This document shows positions 48,809 through 62,149 of a stretch of 64,000 nucleotides of DNA, piece after piece. The stretch lies in the NCBI GenBank assembly GCA_965112155.1, contig OZ218107.1; one strand, written 5' to 3'. The DNA comes from Podarcis liolepis. Lineage: Eukaryota. Position numbers and translations under genes: made by a program. The notes beneath the pieces were generated by a model. The model had not been told where the DNA came from. It worked only from the letters and a program-made list of their open reading frames with translations, and did not search any database. Every line of letters starts with the position of its first letter. Position 1 is the stretch's first letter.

Positions 48809-51519
48809 CTAGCAAAAATAGGAAGGAGATATTAAAAAATGTTCAGAGATGCCAAAATATTCCTGTTTATTTAGTTGTTATTAACAAAAAGTAATGAGAA
48901 GTTCAGAGATAGGATTGAAAATTCTTGTGAGATACAGTAATATACAGTAAAACATAATGGAAACTCAAGTTAGAGGCACATGTACCAAAAGAACAAAGAA
49001 TAAGTTATAGCAAAAAGGACCTGAAGAAAAGGAGAGAGTATGTAAAATGCAAATGCGACAAACAATAATATCCAAAGTTGACTGTAGATCTATCTGGAAT
49101 TACTTATTTTCCTTCCTTCCACAGTGAAAAACTGAGGTGAAATTATACATTAATGCTACCAATATAGCCCCTCCGCTGGAATATTTAAGAGGCAAAGTAT
49201 ACAAGAATGTGATAAAAATTCATATAATTTTACTCAAACATCCAAATGAACAACGCCCCCCCCCCAAAGAAAAGCATTTTTAAATTACAAATCAACTATA
49301 CTGAAACAACATGATGGCTAAGAATGCAATGCAAGCCGCCAGATCTCCTGGAGAAATGAGGATAAGAAACGAAGGAGATAGCCCTCTGCTGATGCCCAGG
49401 ACCTTTATGGGGGATGGAATATCCGTCATTGAAAGATCTGTGGGCACAGATCAGCGTTGTTTTCACCAGCAACTGCTAATGCTTGGCCTCGAAATAGGAT
49501 GTGAGAGGATCAGGGCAGAGGGGCCTTGGATGCACCAGGTTCAAAGCCCCTGCATTATTTCAGGACGCCACAGGATTGAGACCCTCAAGAACATCAGCTT
49601 GGAGCTAATTCCCTGGTTCTGGTCCTGATTGGCACAAACTGGCAGGATGTTGGAACAGGCAGATGATCAGCAACCTCACTCCCACCCATCATATAATTTA
49701 GCATTGTTCTGTATGTCTCATTTCCACAAGAGCAACAACACTGTAGATGTTAGTACAAGGTCATTCAATTCACAAATATATTATGTTGTCCAAAAAAGGG
49801 GGGGGGATGTTAACCCCATAATCTAAATAAAGTAAAGTCCTGAGCATTTCTAGTCTGCATTTTTTAAAGCTAGAAAATAAAAACAGATCATTGTTAGCAA
49901 GGCCTACAGGGAGTAAACATCTTTGAAATTCAAATCTTGATATTTTATTTGAAATTATTCCTTTGGTCTACATCTTCCTCCATTGAAGAAAAAAAGCCAC
50001 AAAAGTCACAAAAAATACTTTAATGCGTGTAAAATCAAAGGTAGCTGATCCCTATGCACTTCACTTCAAAGAACCTTGCCCTCATGGGAAGATAACGAAC
50101 ATTATTCCTGCCACAGAATACAAATAATAAAACTCTAAATGGTATTTTAACAAATTATTGTTCCACCATACCTCTTTCCAGAACTCCTGGCAAGGCCAAA
50201 ATATGACTCAGCATTTCTATATAGAAAGATAAGATTACAAATCCTCTTGTAGAGGCTCTACCTGTTCTGCAGGTTGTTAGGTTGGCTATGTGAGAAAGAG
50301 TGCAGAACAGGGCTTCTGCATGGACCTTTAATCATTGGGTAGGAGAGATATTGTTAAGTACTTCCTCCCGCCACCTGGCCAGCCTATTTCTTGTCCACTT
50401 TCTCTAATGAACTGTTTCACTTGAGGACTTTGGCTGTCTCCTTGCCTGGCACAAGTTAAAGCCACCTCATCCAGAGTTCCTGAATGATGTTGTTGCTTAG
50501 AAACTTGACAGGGAAAGGAATGGAATCTTCAGAAGGGATATTAATGGCAACCTACTTGAGTAGAGCGAAGGAACCTGTGCCACTTGGGGAAGGGAAATCC
50601 AGCCGCAGCTGAAAGCACCCCCTCTGCCTGGCCAACCATTCTCAACTTTAGAACTTGCTGCCACCTGATGATGAGGAATTCTTTCTACAAGGCTGCCAGT
50701 TATCAATCAGCCTAAAAACTTCCCTGGGTTTTTTCCTGCAAAGGTAGGGTAGTTTATTGCTCCTTGTCGTGGGAGCGTTAAAAACTAGGCTGCAACAGGT
50801 TTATGAAATGAAATCTAAAGTTTACCAAGACAAAAATAAGGAGTTCTTCTAGGAAAAGGCATTGCATGAGAAAGTTACTGAAAGACAACATATTCCCAGT
50901 GAAGCAAAAGAACAAACAAATGGCTAAACGCAATCCTCCTTTGCAGTCTCTAAATACATTCCCTAAGGTTACAAACTTACATTCTTCTATTCTACTCCAT
51001 AGAATTCCAGTATGTCCCCCCCTTGCTAATTTGATGTCTCCAGAGTCACACCTTGAAGTGCCTGCCCCAAAGGCAGTCCTCCAAGGAATATCCTCTGGCT
51101 ACCTGCCCCCTCCACAACATGGGCTCTGCCCAGCAGATTGCAGGTGACAGGAAATTTTGGGGTTTTTTTTTATTTCAGACAAGCCTTCTCTCACATACTC
51201 AGATAACTCTCCCACCTTCTCTTTTGAGCTAGTTAACGCTAGAGTTATAGAGATAACCATATAATCTCCAAACAAACAAGCAAGCAAAATTTGTATCCCC
51301 ATATAATACACAATTGTCTATAAAAGCAGAGTCCATGCATACAACCCACATAAACAAAGTCCAAGTCTTTATTCCTTGTTTATTTCCCTCTCTCCTTCCT
51401 TTCCCCTAAATGGAAGCCGAATCCTGCAAAGCTTTGGGGCTTTCACCTCTCCTGGAACAGAGACACCAGTTAAAAACTTTGCATCACATTGTTCTGAAGA
51501 GAGTAAAAACAGATCTTAC

Positions 51520-51651
51520 TTGCAATAGGAACTCCATTCGATAACCAGCTTATACTGGGTTTGGGTTTGCCATTAGCTCTGCAAATCAAGGAACCACTTT
51601 CTCCAGGAGACAATACAAGGTTTGTGGGCTCTCTTATCCAGTAAGGTGCAG
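51520..51651 (-). CDS. NRCAM: NRCAM exon, Ig4 part 1 (132 nt)
   Basis: AG/GT bounded; [43 protein letters not shown]. Confidence 0.96.
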
Positions 51652-53075
51652 CTGAATTTAAAGAGAACAAAACAACCATCTGTATATCTTTTATTGTGTG
51701 TGTGTGTGTGTGTGTGTGTGTGGTGGCATGCAATATTACACAGATTGACTCAAATAGTTATGGTGGAAAAATTCTGGCTGTCTAGGGAACAAAGTTGATA
51801 GAATGTTTGCAGTGCACATCCTGAGAGAGAAGGGAACATTGTCTATTTGGATGGGATAATTAAAACTTGCAGAGAACCTACAAACAAAAGTTTTTGGAGT
51901 ATTTTGTTAAGAGTACTGTAGCCCAAAAAGAAATCAGAAGGAGTAGAAAAGCCAAGAGTCAAGGAGCCCAGAGCAAAGGTAGCTGATGGAATTTAGGGAC
52001 AGCAACATGAGGAAAGGGTAGATGAAGCCAATACATTAAGATCAGGAAGGAGGTCTGAATGTCACATGGAAGTAAGCTAATCAGTAAAATCTTCACTTGC
52101 AGACTTCTTGTAACAAGTCTATTGGGCTGCATATTGCATATAATATCTTTATTCCACATTATATATTAACAAAGTACAGTATTTGATTGTATTCAGGGAA
52201 GTGCTGGTGAAATGGGGATGGGTTGGCAGAAGGTAATTTTCTCTGCCACCTCCAGAAAGCCCCTTCTGAGGATTGAGGTACCCTCTCTGAAAGGGGTAGG
52301 CTATGGCTAGGGGTGCCGAGGGAAATAATAAAAAATCAGCAGATGAATCTTCTGCTAATCCCCTCCCAACCATGAATATCTGCATCCAAGTGATTTTGTT
52401 ATTCATTTACTTAAATAGATGTGTTAGTTGCTTTTCAAAATGTTTTTTTTTCAAAGGCAGCATACAGTATACAATAAAATCAGTTAAAATATATTATGCA
52501 ATATTAAAACAATAATAATGAGGTAGAACAACAAGGGCCTTGGCAGAACTCTGAGAGAAAAATCCCCCCGAAAATTCAAGAAAGATTCTGGATCTATCAG
52601 GCTCTGAGAGGATTGTCCTCTACACATGCTGGGGCTACAAGTTGTCCAAAGATTAGACTGAATCAGGTACAATCTGCTCCACTACCCATTTGTCCTCATT
52701 GTACTGATTTTGGCAGACTTGAAATTCTGCTGAAGGAGAATTTTGGGTGATTAGACCTGAGACTGATCAGAATCTGCCTCAATTTATCCAGCGGATTCCA
52801 AAATGTCTTTAGGATATACAAGACATTTTCAGTGTGCAGGGAGGGCTTTACCACACTGTGTGAGGTCTATGGCATTACAGTATTGGCCACCATGAAGTGC
52901 TGTAAACATACCTAGCAAGGTATAGTTAATACACCATAGTATATTTCTCATTTCGACATGTGGGTGGGTTTCAGTGTAGAAATCTAGTTCAGACAAACCT
53001 TTCATGTAGTAAAACCCATCTGATGCCACCCCTCTGAACTAAAAAAATTACATGTTATGTTAAGAAAAGTTTTAC

Positions 53076-53260
53076 CTTTGACAGTGACTGTTATAACATG
53101 GTGAGCAGAACCCAAAAGATTTGATGCAATGCATTTATATTTTCCAGAGTCAGCTTCAGAAATGTCTATTATTTTCAGGGTTTTATGAAAATTATCCAAA
53201 AAAGTTCTGTTGGCAGGAAGCTCACCGCCTTCTTTAATCCAGCGAATAAGTGGCGTAGGT
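53076..53260 (-). CDS. NRCAM: NRCAM exon, Ig3 part 2 (185 nt)
   Basis: catcAG|A CCT...AAA G|GTAAAA; PTPLIRWIKEGGELPANRT...EADSGKYKCIASNLLGSAHHVITVTVK. Confidence 0.96.
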
Positions 53261-54230
53261 CTGATGAAAAACAAACAAAGCAACAGCAGTTGAGATTAAA
53301 GTGATTGGCAGAAGGAGCACAATGTTCCAACTCTCATGTGCTAACAGAAGTCTGTGCTAACAGAATTCCCTTCAAATTTCCACAGTGGGCTTTAGGTTGC
53401 TATGGACAGATAGGTAACCAGCAAATTTTACAGATACAGCCAAAAATAATACGTAACTTGAAAAAGAAAAAGACTAACTCATTCTTGGTAGATGGACAAT
53501 GGAAAAAAGAGGTAGAGATAAGCAGAATATGTACATTTAGAATATCTCTTTTATAAAAGGCTGAAATTTAGGATTCTTGCACTACAATTCACTACATGTC
53601 ACTGGTACAAAAGGAAAACAAATTTGCTAAATATTTGCTGAGCACAGCCCATGCTGATAGGGCAGGAAAGGAATGAGAGAAAGAGTGAATACTACAAGTG
53701 AATGACAGTTGTAGGAGGTAAAGAAGCGACCAGTGATCTATAAAAGCAAGCAAGTTCTGGAATTATCTCCTGCGCTTGCCAAAGTGTTGTTTGCCAGGTG
53801 TTGGACCTTTGAACTGATGGGTTTTACCCCAGAGTCTCTGCTATGACCCTTGTGTTGTGGGAAGAGGAAGAATGAAAACCTTACTGCTGCTTGAATGTCT
53901 GCTTTATGAAGACAAACTCAAGACAACTTGGCAAATTAGAGCAAAGAGGTACAGTATTCCCTTATAGAGTCTCTGGAAATTCTGGGGAAAGTCTGTCTTC
54001 TATTGGTTGGACCAGGAAACAACAAATTGTGAAATAGCTGTGAGAAAGAGAAGGGAAAGAGCAAGCATCTCAGCTGTCTCCCTTTCTCTGTGTGTGCACA
54101 CTGCCAAACTAATCAACAATCGAACATTTAAACATAATAATACTGCAAAAGGAAAACAGTGTAAAGATATAGAAGTGAGATGCGCTTAGCATTTCTGCAT
54201 TTACGTTGCATGTTTCAAATGTCAACTCAC

Positions 54231-54342
54231 AATCCTTCTGCAATGCACTCCAGCAAAAGGGTGTTTCCTCTTAGCTCTGTTTTGCTACTTGTACTTCCAG
54301 TGGGTAGCAGAAGAGTTGGGCGCCTTTCAGGAGATAACCTGT
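54231..54342 (-). CDS. NRCAM: NRCAM exon, Ig3 part 1 (112 nt)
   Basis: ttttAG|AC AGG...GGA TT|GTGAGT; ERRPTLLLPTGSTSSKTELRGNTLLLECIAEG. Confidence 0.94.
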
Positions 54343-56659
54343 CTAAAAGAAAAGAAAGATGTATTTAGAAGTATTAATAATTTGAATGTAATTTCAAGGC
54401 TACAGTAAAACTAATCCTTTCCATAAATGCATGCTGTATCTAATACTGACCGTCAATACTGTAATTCATACAAACTGGGATTTTTTAACCCTTCTTGCTC
54501 TGCCTCGTTTAACTACTTTGCAAAACTCTGCCTTAAGATTTGGAAAATTCCTGTAAGGGGTAAGCATTTCACTTAGGAACTAAAATCTTTTGAAAGAAAT
54601 CCACCCACCAAATAAATTAGTTCTTTATTTTTTTGACACTAAAGAATAACGTAAGTTTCCCTGGGAACATCATTGTTGGTGAAATAACAAATTCTTAAAT
54701 AAATAATAGTGCTGTGAAGAGCTACTGTAAGTGATCAGAGTTTTCCACTTGAAATGATGGAAGTAAATGATACGTTTTCTACTGAAATCTTTTCTGTTGG
54801 CTTAGAAGCTTATCTTGTGAATTCTATCCTTTTTTATTACCATTTCTGTTTGAAATTCTTCTGGGAAATTAGTTAACATTCATCTGTGTAGATATGAGCA
54901 ATATCTGGCTTACATTCAATGGGACTCCAAAAGGTTATAAGTAAACAGGAGTGGAATCAGGGTGTATTGTCATTGCAAATGAAAATGTTTTTAGGCAACT
55001 TTAACTGCTTTGGCTTTCCCAAAAGATCTTGGTCAAACTGCAGTTTGGTCCAGTGTTGAAAATTCTCTTAGAGATCCCCAACATACCATTTCTTCTCCCC
55101 AACCTTTTCACACACACCTGCACCTACCTATATCACAGAACTATGACCCTTACCATTCCCTGGGAACAGGAAATGACTATAAACTGGTTTAAGTTTGTAG
55201 TGTAGACAGGTCCAGGGAGACAGCGAGATCATAGAATAAGAAGTAAGCCATTAACTTTCAATGCATGGCTTTCAGTCCAGATCACCAGGTTCTCCCATGT
55301 GTGCACTGACTATTCCCTGTTCTCTTCAGTAGAACTCTGTGTGCTTAAAAGAGGTGCATTCATTGAATTTCCACTCTTATAATGGGGAAATCCTCAAGTG
55401 CACAAGGAGCCACTTCCATCTCCACATGCTTTCAAATAACTTGCAAATAGGATACAAAGCAAAAATATTCAAATTAATTCTTATTTTATGAAAAAATGAA
55501 GGACAAGGTCCATCAGCCAGTTACCTACTAGCATGTACCAATTACATTTTCCTGACCTTTAAATACATCAGAGTATGACTCTCTAGGACTAAATTGTCCT
55601 TGAAGGGTAGCATACTCAAACATGCAGCTCTTTCACCACCACCCTCCTTTTCACTCTACAGAAGCAGGATGCAACAGTAATGCACTCCTCAGCTCATCTT
55701 GGATCTGGGAGTTTCTCACATCCAAGCGATAAACAGCAGCAATACAGATGACCATGTCACTGCATAGATGTAGGCACTTGTTTTGCTAATGCTTACTTTG
55801 GTTTGGATATAGCACCAATTGATTTGCTCTCGGCTTCTACTGGGGTGGGTGGAGAGGTTGTGGCACTTAGGGGAAAAGGGCTGCTGCTGCTGCCTGCCTT
55901 GAATCTGAGCAATGGTAGGAGATGGTGGTACTTCACTTGCTTAAGTGAGAATAAAAAAGGGAAATACATCAGCCACTAGAATTATATTATGCTGATGGAC
56001 TGAGTCCCTGTAATATATGCCATTAGCCCTTGGAAAGTTTGTGTGAAGTGGATCATATATGCATCCTTGAGAAATTCAACAATGTGGTCAAATCCATAAT
56101 CATAAAGCCATGTTTATAGTTGATAAAATTGCTACCCCTGTGAAGGATTGAAAATAAAAAAAAATAAAAAGCAAATAGCAAATGCACATTAGGGCATGGA
56201 TGCTTCAAACATGCTAGACATGTATTCTTTCTAACACAGATGTATTAAGTGGTTAGCACTTAAACTGCATATTCAGTGAGATATTAAGCAGGATGAGCAA
56301 CAGTTAATTGTTTATGGCTTTTTCCTTAGTATACGGTGTGTGCTACGGACTGGTCTCAGTGATAACGAATTATCAGCTAACATAAAGGGGAAAGTTATAG
56401 AGTGCATGAACATTAACAAGCCTGCTATATTGATTCATTTGCCAAAAGGAAAAAAAATCATGTTTGCATGCAAATGTTCTGCCATTACTTCTAAATTATA
56501 ATCAATTAGAGCACTCATCCTGTGCGATTTATTTTATGGTCACCAGTAGATATAGATATTAGAATTGTAAGGGCAGTAAAGTTAAGCAGCCATGGAGTGG
56601 TTAGTTAACTAAATTCTACAATGAAAGGAGTAATGCAGGAGTGGATCTCTAAAACTCAC

Positions 56660-56716
56660 CACCATAAAAATCAGAGTCACTCATATTAGCAGTTATAGTT
56701 TCATTCAATGAATCCA
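56660..56716 (-). CDS. NRCAM: NRCAM 19-aa cassette exon in the Ig2-Ig3 linker (57 nt)
   Basis: tttcAG|TG GAT...GGT G|GTGAGT; VDSLNETITANMSDSDFYG, similar to the recalled human VDELNDTIAANLSDTEFYG. Confidence 0.93.
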
Positions 56717-57245
56717 CTGAAATAAATAGAATATCATGAAGAATGCAACCAGGAAGCAGTAAATATGGGCTTTAGAAGTTAATCTATCTATCTACTGAAG
56801 CTGATCAATTTGAACAGAAATAAACATTTATTTCATTGTAATATCCAGGTCTGCAATTGCTTTTGCATAAGACAGAAAATATTTGGTAATTGTCACACAG
56901 AAGCATCTGAGTGTGCAACATACAGAAAATCTTGTTACCAGGCTGTTTTCAAACTTAGGCTGTATTCCAGCAAACAGATTGTCTAAACTAGTATTGACTA
57001 GTTCAATGCAATTTAGGCACCCTAGGTACTTAACAGTACATATTTTTATTGCACCACATAATTTTACAAAGCTCTAGTAAAAATATACTGGAAGTCATTT
57101 TTAATGTTCTGAAGGTGTATTAATTTAAACCACGTGTTCTAAGAAAGGTACATTCCAGCAAGAAAAGTTTGTTATACACTTACGTAACATATACTTCTGT
57201 CATATGTAATTTAGCTATACAATAGCTTACAAAATTCACACCTAC

Positions 57246-57416
57246 CTGGTTCAACTTTTAAAGAAATGGGTTGCTTCTGTTGTATAGTTTGAGTGTGGTT
57301 AAATCTCGCATAGCATATGTAATCATCACGGCTATCTTCTGGCTTTACATTAGAAAAATAAAGGTCTCCATTTAGACTCTGGGAAACTCTATTATTTTGA
57401 GGCAGCTTTTGAAAAG
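57246..57416 (-). CDS. NRCAM: NRCAM exon, Ig2 part 2 (171 nt)
   Basis: ctacAG|...|GTAGGT; FQKLPQNNRVSQSLNGDLYFSNV...YARFNHTQTIQQKQPISLKVEP. Confidence 0.96.
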
Positions 57417-59279
57417 CTGTAGGGAAGAAAAGAAAAGAAATTGTGTCATTAAACAATGAAGGGCTACTTTAGGTACGTGAAGTAGACATTCTCCTGTTGC
57501 TGCCTGCCTCAGTGCCTCTGACAAAGATTCTAGTGTTCATATGAACCTGCCTTTCTAATGCCTGGGTCCCAATTCATAGAGGGCTTTAAAGATTAAAATC
57601 AGCACTCTGAATTGCATGCTGAAACGAATTTAGAAGCCCTTGAAAATGGTTTAAAACTGGTGGATGTGCCCCCTGTGGGAGAAAAACCAGTCAGTTTCCA
57701 TGTGTGAGCTAACTAATAAAGGAATGCCATTCTCTTATGTCCCTGAGAAAAATGTGAGAACCAGCATATTGGTGGAACCATTATATTTATTGCAATGTAA
57801 GAAGATCTCCGAATCAAGAGTGAATTAATAAGTGAGGGCAGGTGAGTGTATTTATTAAATAGAGGGGAGTGCCCCTCTTATCCCCTGTGCAAATCAGCCG
57901 CTGTACTTAGTGGCTTCCAAGCCAACAACTGGGTGTATTTCTGCTCCTCACACTAGATGAGCCTTATGGTATAAGGACTGGGCATGTACACTATGGCCCC
58001 ATGGCAGAATGTTTACCCAAGTGTACCTGCCCATCTTTTGCAAGCTTACAGCTATAAGCAATGACTCCCAGGTGCCCACAACTCTAATAATGCCTCAGGG
58101 TGGCATAGGATTATATCCTAATTTGCTTACCTGCCTGCACTAAACTCCAATGAGAGCAAAGTGACCAAATTCAACAGTAAACAATTGCCAGTCAAACCAG
58201 ATTGTGTACTTGTTTAAAACAAGCCACTGCCAGATAGACTAGATTAACTAAATAAGCGAACTCATGCCAATCGCATCTGATTCTTCTAGTTACGCAAGCA
58301 AATAACAATGAGACCAGATTCATCCAACAGGGAAATGAAAATATTGCCAATCAGCTGCGTCACAAAATAAATGAGCAAGCAAACACTATGTAGTGTGAAG
58401 TTGGCCAAAAAGGGAAGGCATCACCCATGATTGATCACCTTGCCCACTTTTGGGAAATCGCTTTCAGAGTCTCCTTCGGGTAAGGAGGTAGAACAAATTC
58501 ACTGCAACTAAGATCCACTCCACTGTGGATATTAAGTCTCCAAACGAGGTCATAAAACCAGATAAATCAATGTGAAATGGCTTTTTCCTGTCTTAAAAGT
58601 AGGACTGCCATGTTCTTCCCCCCCCCCAACAGTAGGTATAGTCCCAGCCATAGTTCCAAGAGACTATTCAACGTGTATTTACATACTATAGTCATTTCTA
58701 CTCTCTTCATACTGTTTTGCAAGGTCCATCTTTGTATCACCCCAGCCCTCCCCTGTTTTGGCCTCTCATGACTTGTAGAAAAAGCATGTCTCAGAGATAT
58801 TGAGGATGATTACCAAAATGTGGGTCATCTAGATAGGCTGTTCACAATGGTTGTGCAACTTTACTCACTGTCCCATCAAAGTGATGGGGAAAATGACATA
58901 CAATGACCATGTATGAACACTATGTAATAATTTGCAACAGTATTACAGGCCAACCTATATGTCATGCTGATTCAACCCAACTACCTTGCTTTAAAAAGAC
59001 AGTGGGACTGGCATATAACATCACAAGCAGAAAACTGCAACTTGAGTAGCATTATGATGTAATACAGAAATGTAGTGAACACACCCATGTCCCATCACAA
59101 AGAGCTAACTTACAAACCTAACATGAAACACTTTCCTGTTATCATGGGATTGCAAGTCATGTAGACAGTATGATGAATTTGTCCCCCTTGCCACATGAAG
59201 GTGTTCTAATTGCAGCACAGATGGAATTACTGAAATAATTTAGTGTGAGAGATATTTATGTATTTTAAAATAAACTTAC

Positions 59280-59402
59280 AGTTATCCATCCAAAATATTA
59301 TAGGCGGTGGTAATCCAATAGGAGGCCTGCACGGAAGTATTGCATATTGACCTTCAACTACTGTTTTGGGAACTAGTTTTTCTTTGGTCCATAAAGGAGA
59401 TC
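59280..59402 (-). CDS. NRCAM: NRCAM exon, Ig2 part 1 (123 nt)
   Basis: ctgcAG|GA TCT...AAC T|GTAAGT; SPLWTKEKL...LPCRPPIGLPPPIIFWMDN. Confidence 0.96.
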
Positions 59403-60468
59403 CTGCAGAAAAAGGAGGAAATCAGTGTCACATGGCCTGGGCAGTGAAAACAACACAGGGATTTCAAGAAGCAAGAGAAAACAAAGCTTCATAAGACATG
59501 AACCCAATAATACATGAAATTTACAAATTTTGCATGAACATCTTTTTTTACAGTATTCTTAGGGGGAAAGTTGTAAGGAACTTTATGATGTGATTTAGCT
59601 ATTTCAAGGAAAAAATTAATCTTCAAATGTTCAGCCACAGGAAGAGAAACTTGCACTTTCCTGAAATGTGCATAGGAAGTTCTCAGACTATGTAATGCTG
59701 GGTATCGTAGGAAAGCAAAGCAATTAAACACTAGGATAATGGACTCCTAATTACACATTACAGGAGTAGGTAGTTACAAAAATATAGATGAATGGGAGAG
59801 CAAATTAAGTATGCCATCTTCAGCACAGTTATATATCCTTACGTTTTATTGATTTCAATACTACTTTAGTACATGTAAAGTGAATCATATGTCGTTATGC
59901 AGCATTTTGAGGCATTTGCCTGCCATGCTAGAGTGAAATGAATTAGGATCATCTGTTTACCACCTCATCCTAAATGCTTAAGAGAACATATCTGAGATGA
60001 AGACATGACTGCTTAAGGAAACAAAATTCTAACCAGACTACTTCACTGATCTATATTCCAACCTCTTTGGTCTCATTTTTAAAAACGTGCATTTCAGCAA
60101 TATGTAATTGTTAAATACATATAATAAGTACAAAATATTTTGTTCTAATTGTGATGCTTTATACAATACCCAGTTCTAAACATACTGGAAAAAGAAGGGA
60201 AATCTTGCGTGCTTAACTTACTAAGAAAAACTTTGGAGAAGATGGGTAGTTTTTCATGCAGTACAGTGCTAAACTATAATATCAAATATCATTACCTTCT
60301 AATAAGATTGCTTTGATGATTAAAAAGATGTCTTTTTTAAGAAAAGAAGAAAGAAAATAATGTAATATTTATTATAAGGGTTCCTGAGAAAGAAAATTAA
60401 GTAAATAAATATGCTGACAACAAGTAGTAAGAGCTTCAAGTTTAAGAAATTTCTAATATTCAACTTAC

Positions 60469-60674
60469 TAGATGACCGTATAACAATATTATTGGAAATT
60501 GCTGCTCCAAGTTCATTTCTTGCTGTGCACTGATAAACTCCTTCATACGTTTCTGCCTTTCCTCCATTTTCGTCATTAATAATATTTATTATAAGGGTTC
60601 CTGAGTGAGGCTTCATTCTTACCCGTACATCTTTATCGATGTCAAAATGAGTTCCATTGCGTGTCCATGAGAAG
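60469..60674 (-). CDS. NRCAM: NRCAM exon, Ig1 part 2 (206 nt)
   Basis: tgatAG|C TTC TCA TGG...TCT A|GTAAGT; FSWTRNGTHFDIDKD...YEGVYQCTARNELGAAISNNIVIRSS. Confidence 0.96.
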
Positions 60675-61927
60675 CTATCAATTGGGGTGGAAAGTTGAAG
60701 AAGTTAGTTATTGGGGGGGGGGAGGACATTTGCTATCAGATAATGTATAATCTTTAGTGTATAATGTGTTCTTTCGGTGAAACAAAATGTTGACAATGTT
60801 AATAAATATCCAACTAGAAAATGTGAAAAATAAACAAGTGAGACACCTATTCCAGACAAAGTGTTGCCCCAAAAGTGTTGTAGCAATTTTCGTTACCTGC
60901 AATAACACTATGTCCACAGACCTCCACAGACTTCCAAAACCCCATGCCCAATGGATATCTGGATCACAGTTATGTTCTATAAGCTTTTCCTAGCCTCTGT
61001 TTAAGAGTAAAAGTCTACTAATACGGTATATGTGTAAAGATGCTATTTGTAAAACTTGTGTTTCTTCAAGTTGCATAAATAGTTGTGCCACCTTTTTAGA
61101 AAGTTCATCATCTTCTGTCTACAGCAGGTCTGCTAAATCTCATACTATCACATCTGACAGTATGACAGTATACATCTGACAAAAATAATGGGAATGCTTT
61201 CACCAAGCCTTGATGTTGTATAGTCAGCATACTGAGTTCTCTGCTGAGGCCAGGATCAAGTCCTTACCCCATACAGCAGAAGGCAGCATTTTGGCTGTAT
61301 TTCCTTCTGGTGGAAACTCACTGCTCCTCACGGAGATATATTCTGAAAATTTCCAAGCATGATGAGGCCTTTGGGGCAACTTCAATGGCCGCTCACTGCA
61401 TCCATGGGGGCAATGGTCACAGCCTGTGATGGCTTGTGTATGCTCTTCTCAATAAGAACCTCTGCTCACTCAGAGATATATACAGTTCTTTATTTTACAT
61501 ATGTACAGGCAGCACATTACAATCATGTGTCTGAATCCTTCAGTTCAGATTCTGGGAGTGGCTTTCACCGGCTTCTCCTCCAACAAAAATGGTGGGGAAG
61601 TTTCATGTGACGCCTTTCCCCTCTCCTCTTTAACTCTCCTCTCCAGACGGAACAGGCCGTGCTGGGGCTCTGCTTCAGCATTGGAGAGCCTTTCCGCCTC
61701 CTGGCTCTCTCCCCCTTCCCCATCCATCACTTCCTGTCCACCTCCCTCTGAATATTCCTCCTCTTCCCCGGCATTCTCTGGCAGTCCCATGACACAGCCC
61801 CTTCACACTCTGCCTTCGTCCCCAGCAACCAGGCCATGCTTGCTCGCTGGCCTCTTCTGAGTGAATTCCCCTTTGACAGCAGTATGGGGGAGGTGTCATC
61901 CTCTAGGTAGGACATACTTGAATAGAC

Positions 61928-62140
61928 CAGGCATGTCCAAAGTCCGTTTTGGGGGCCTAATCTGGCCCGCTAGTTGGTTTAATCCAGCCCCTGTGGCAGT
62001 TTATTCCCTGGGGTAAAATCCTAAAAAAAAGCTCAACAACTTCAATCCTAAAAACAACTTTGGTCAGCCCTTTGGTCGGCCCTCATGGCCATTCACTTCA
62101 TCAAATCTTGCCCTCTTTGAAAAAAGTTTGGACACCACTG
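61928..62140. mobile_element. Non-autonomous hAT-like MITE
   Basis: TIRs caggcatgtccaaa / tttggacaccactg; perfect 8-bp TSD gaatagac; shares the ctcaacaactt motif (reverse complement) with the 240-509 element. Confidence 0.82.
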
Positions 62141-62149
62141 GAATAGACA

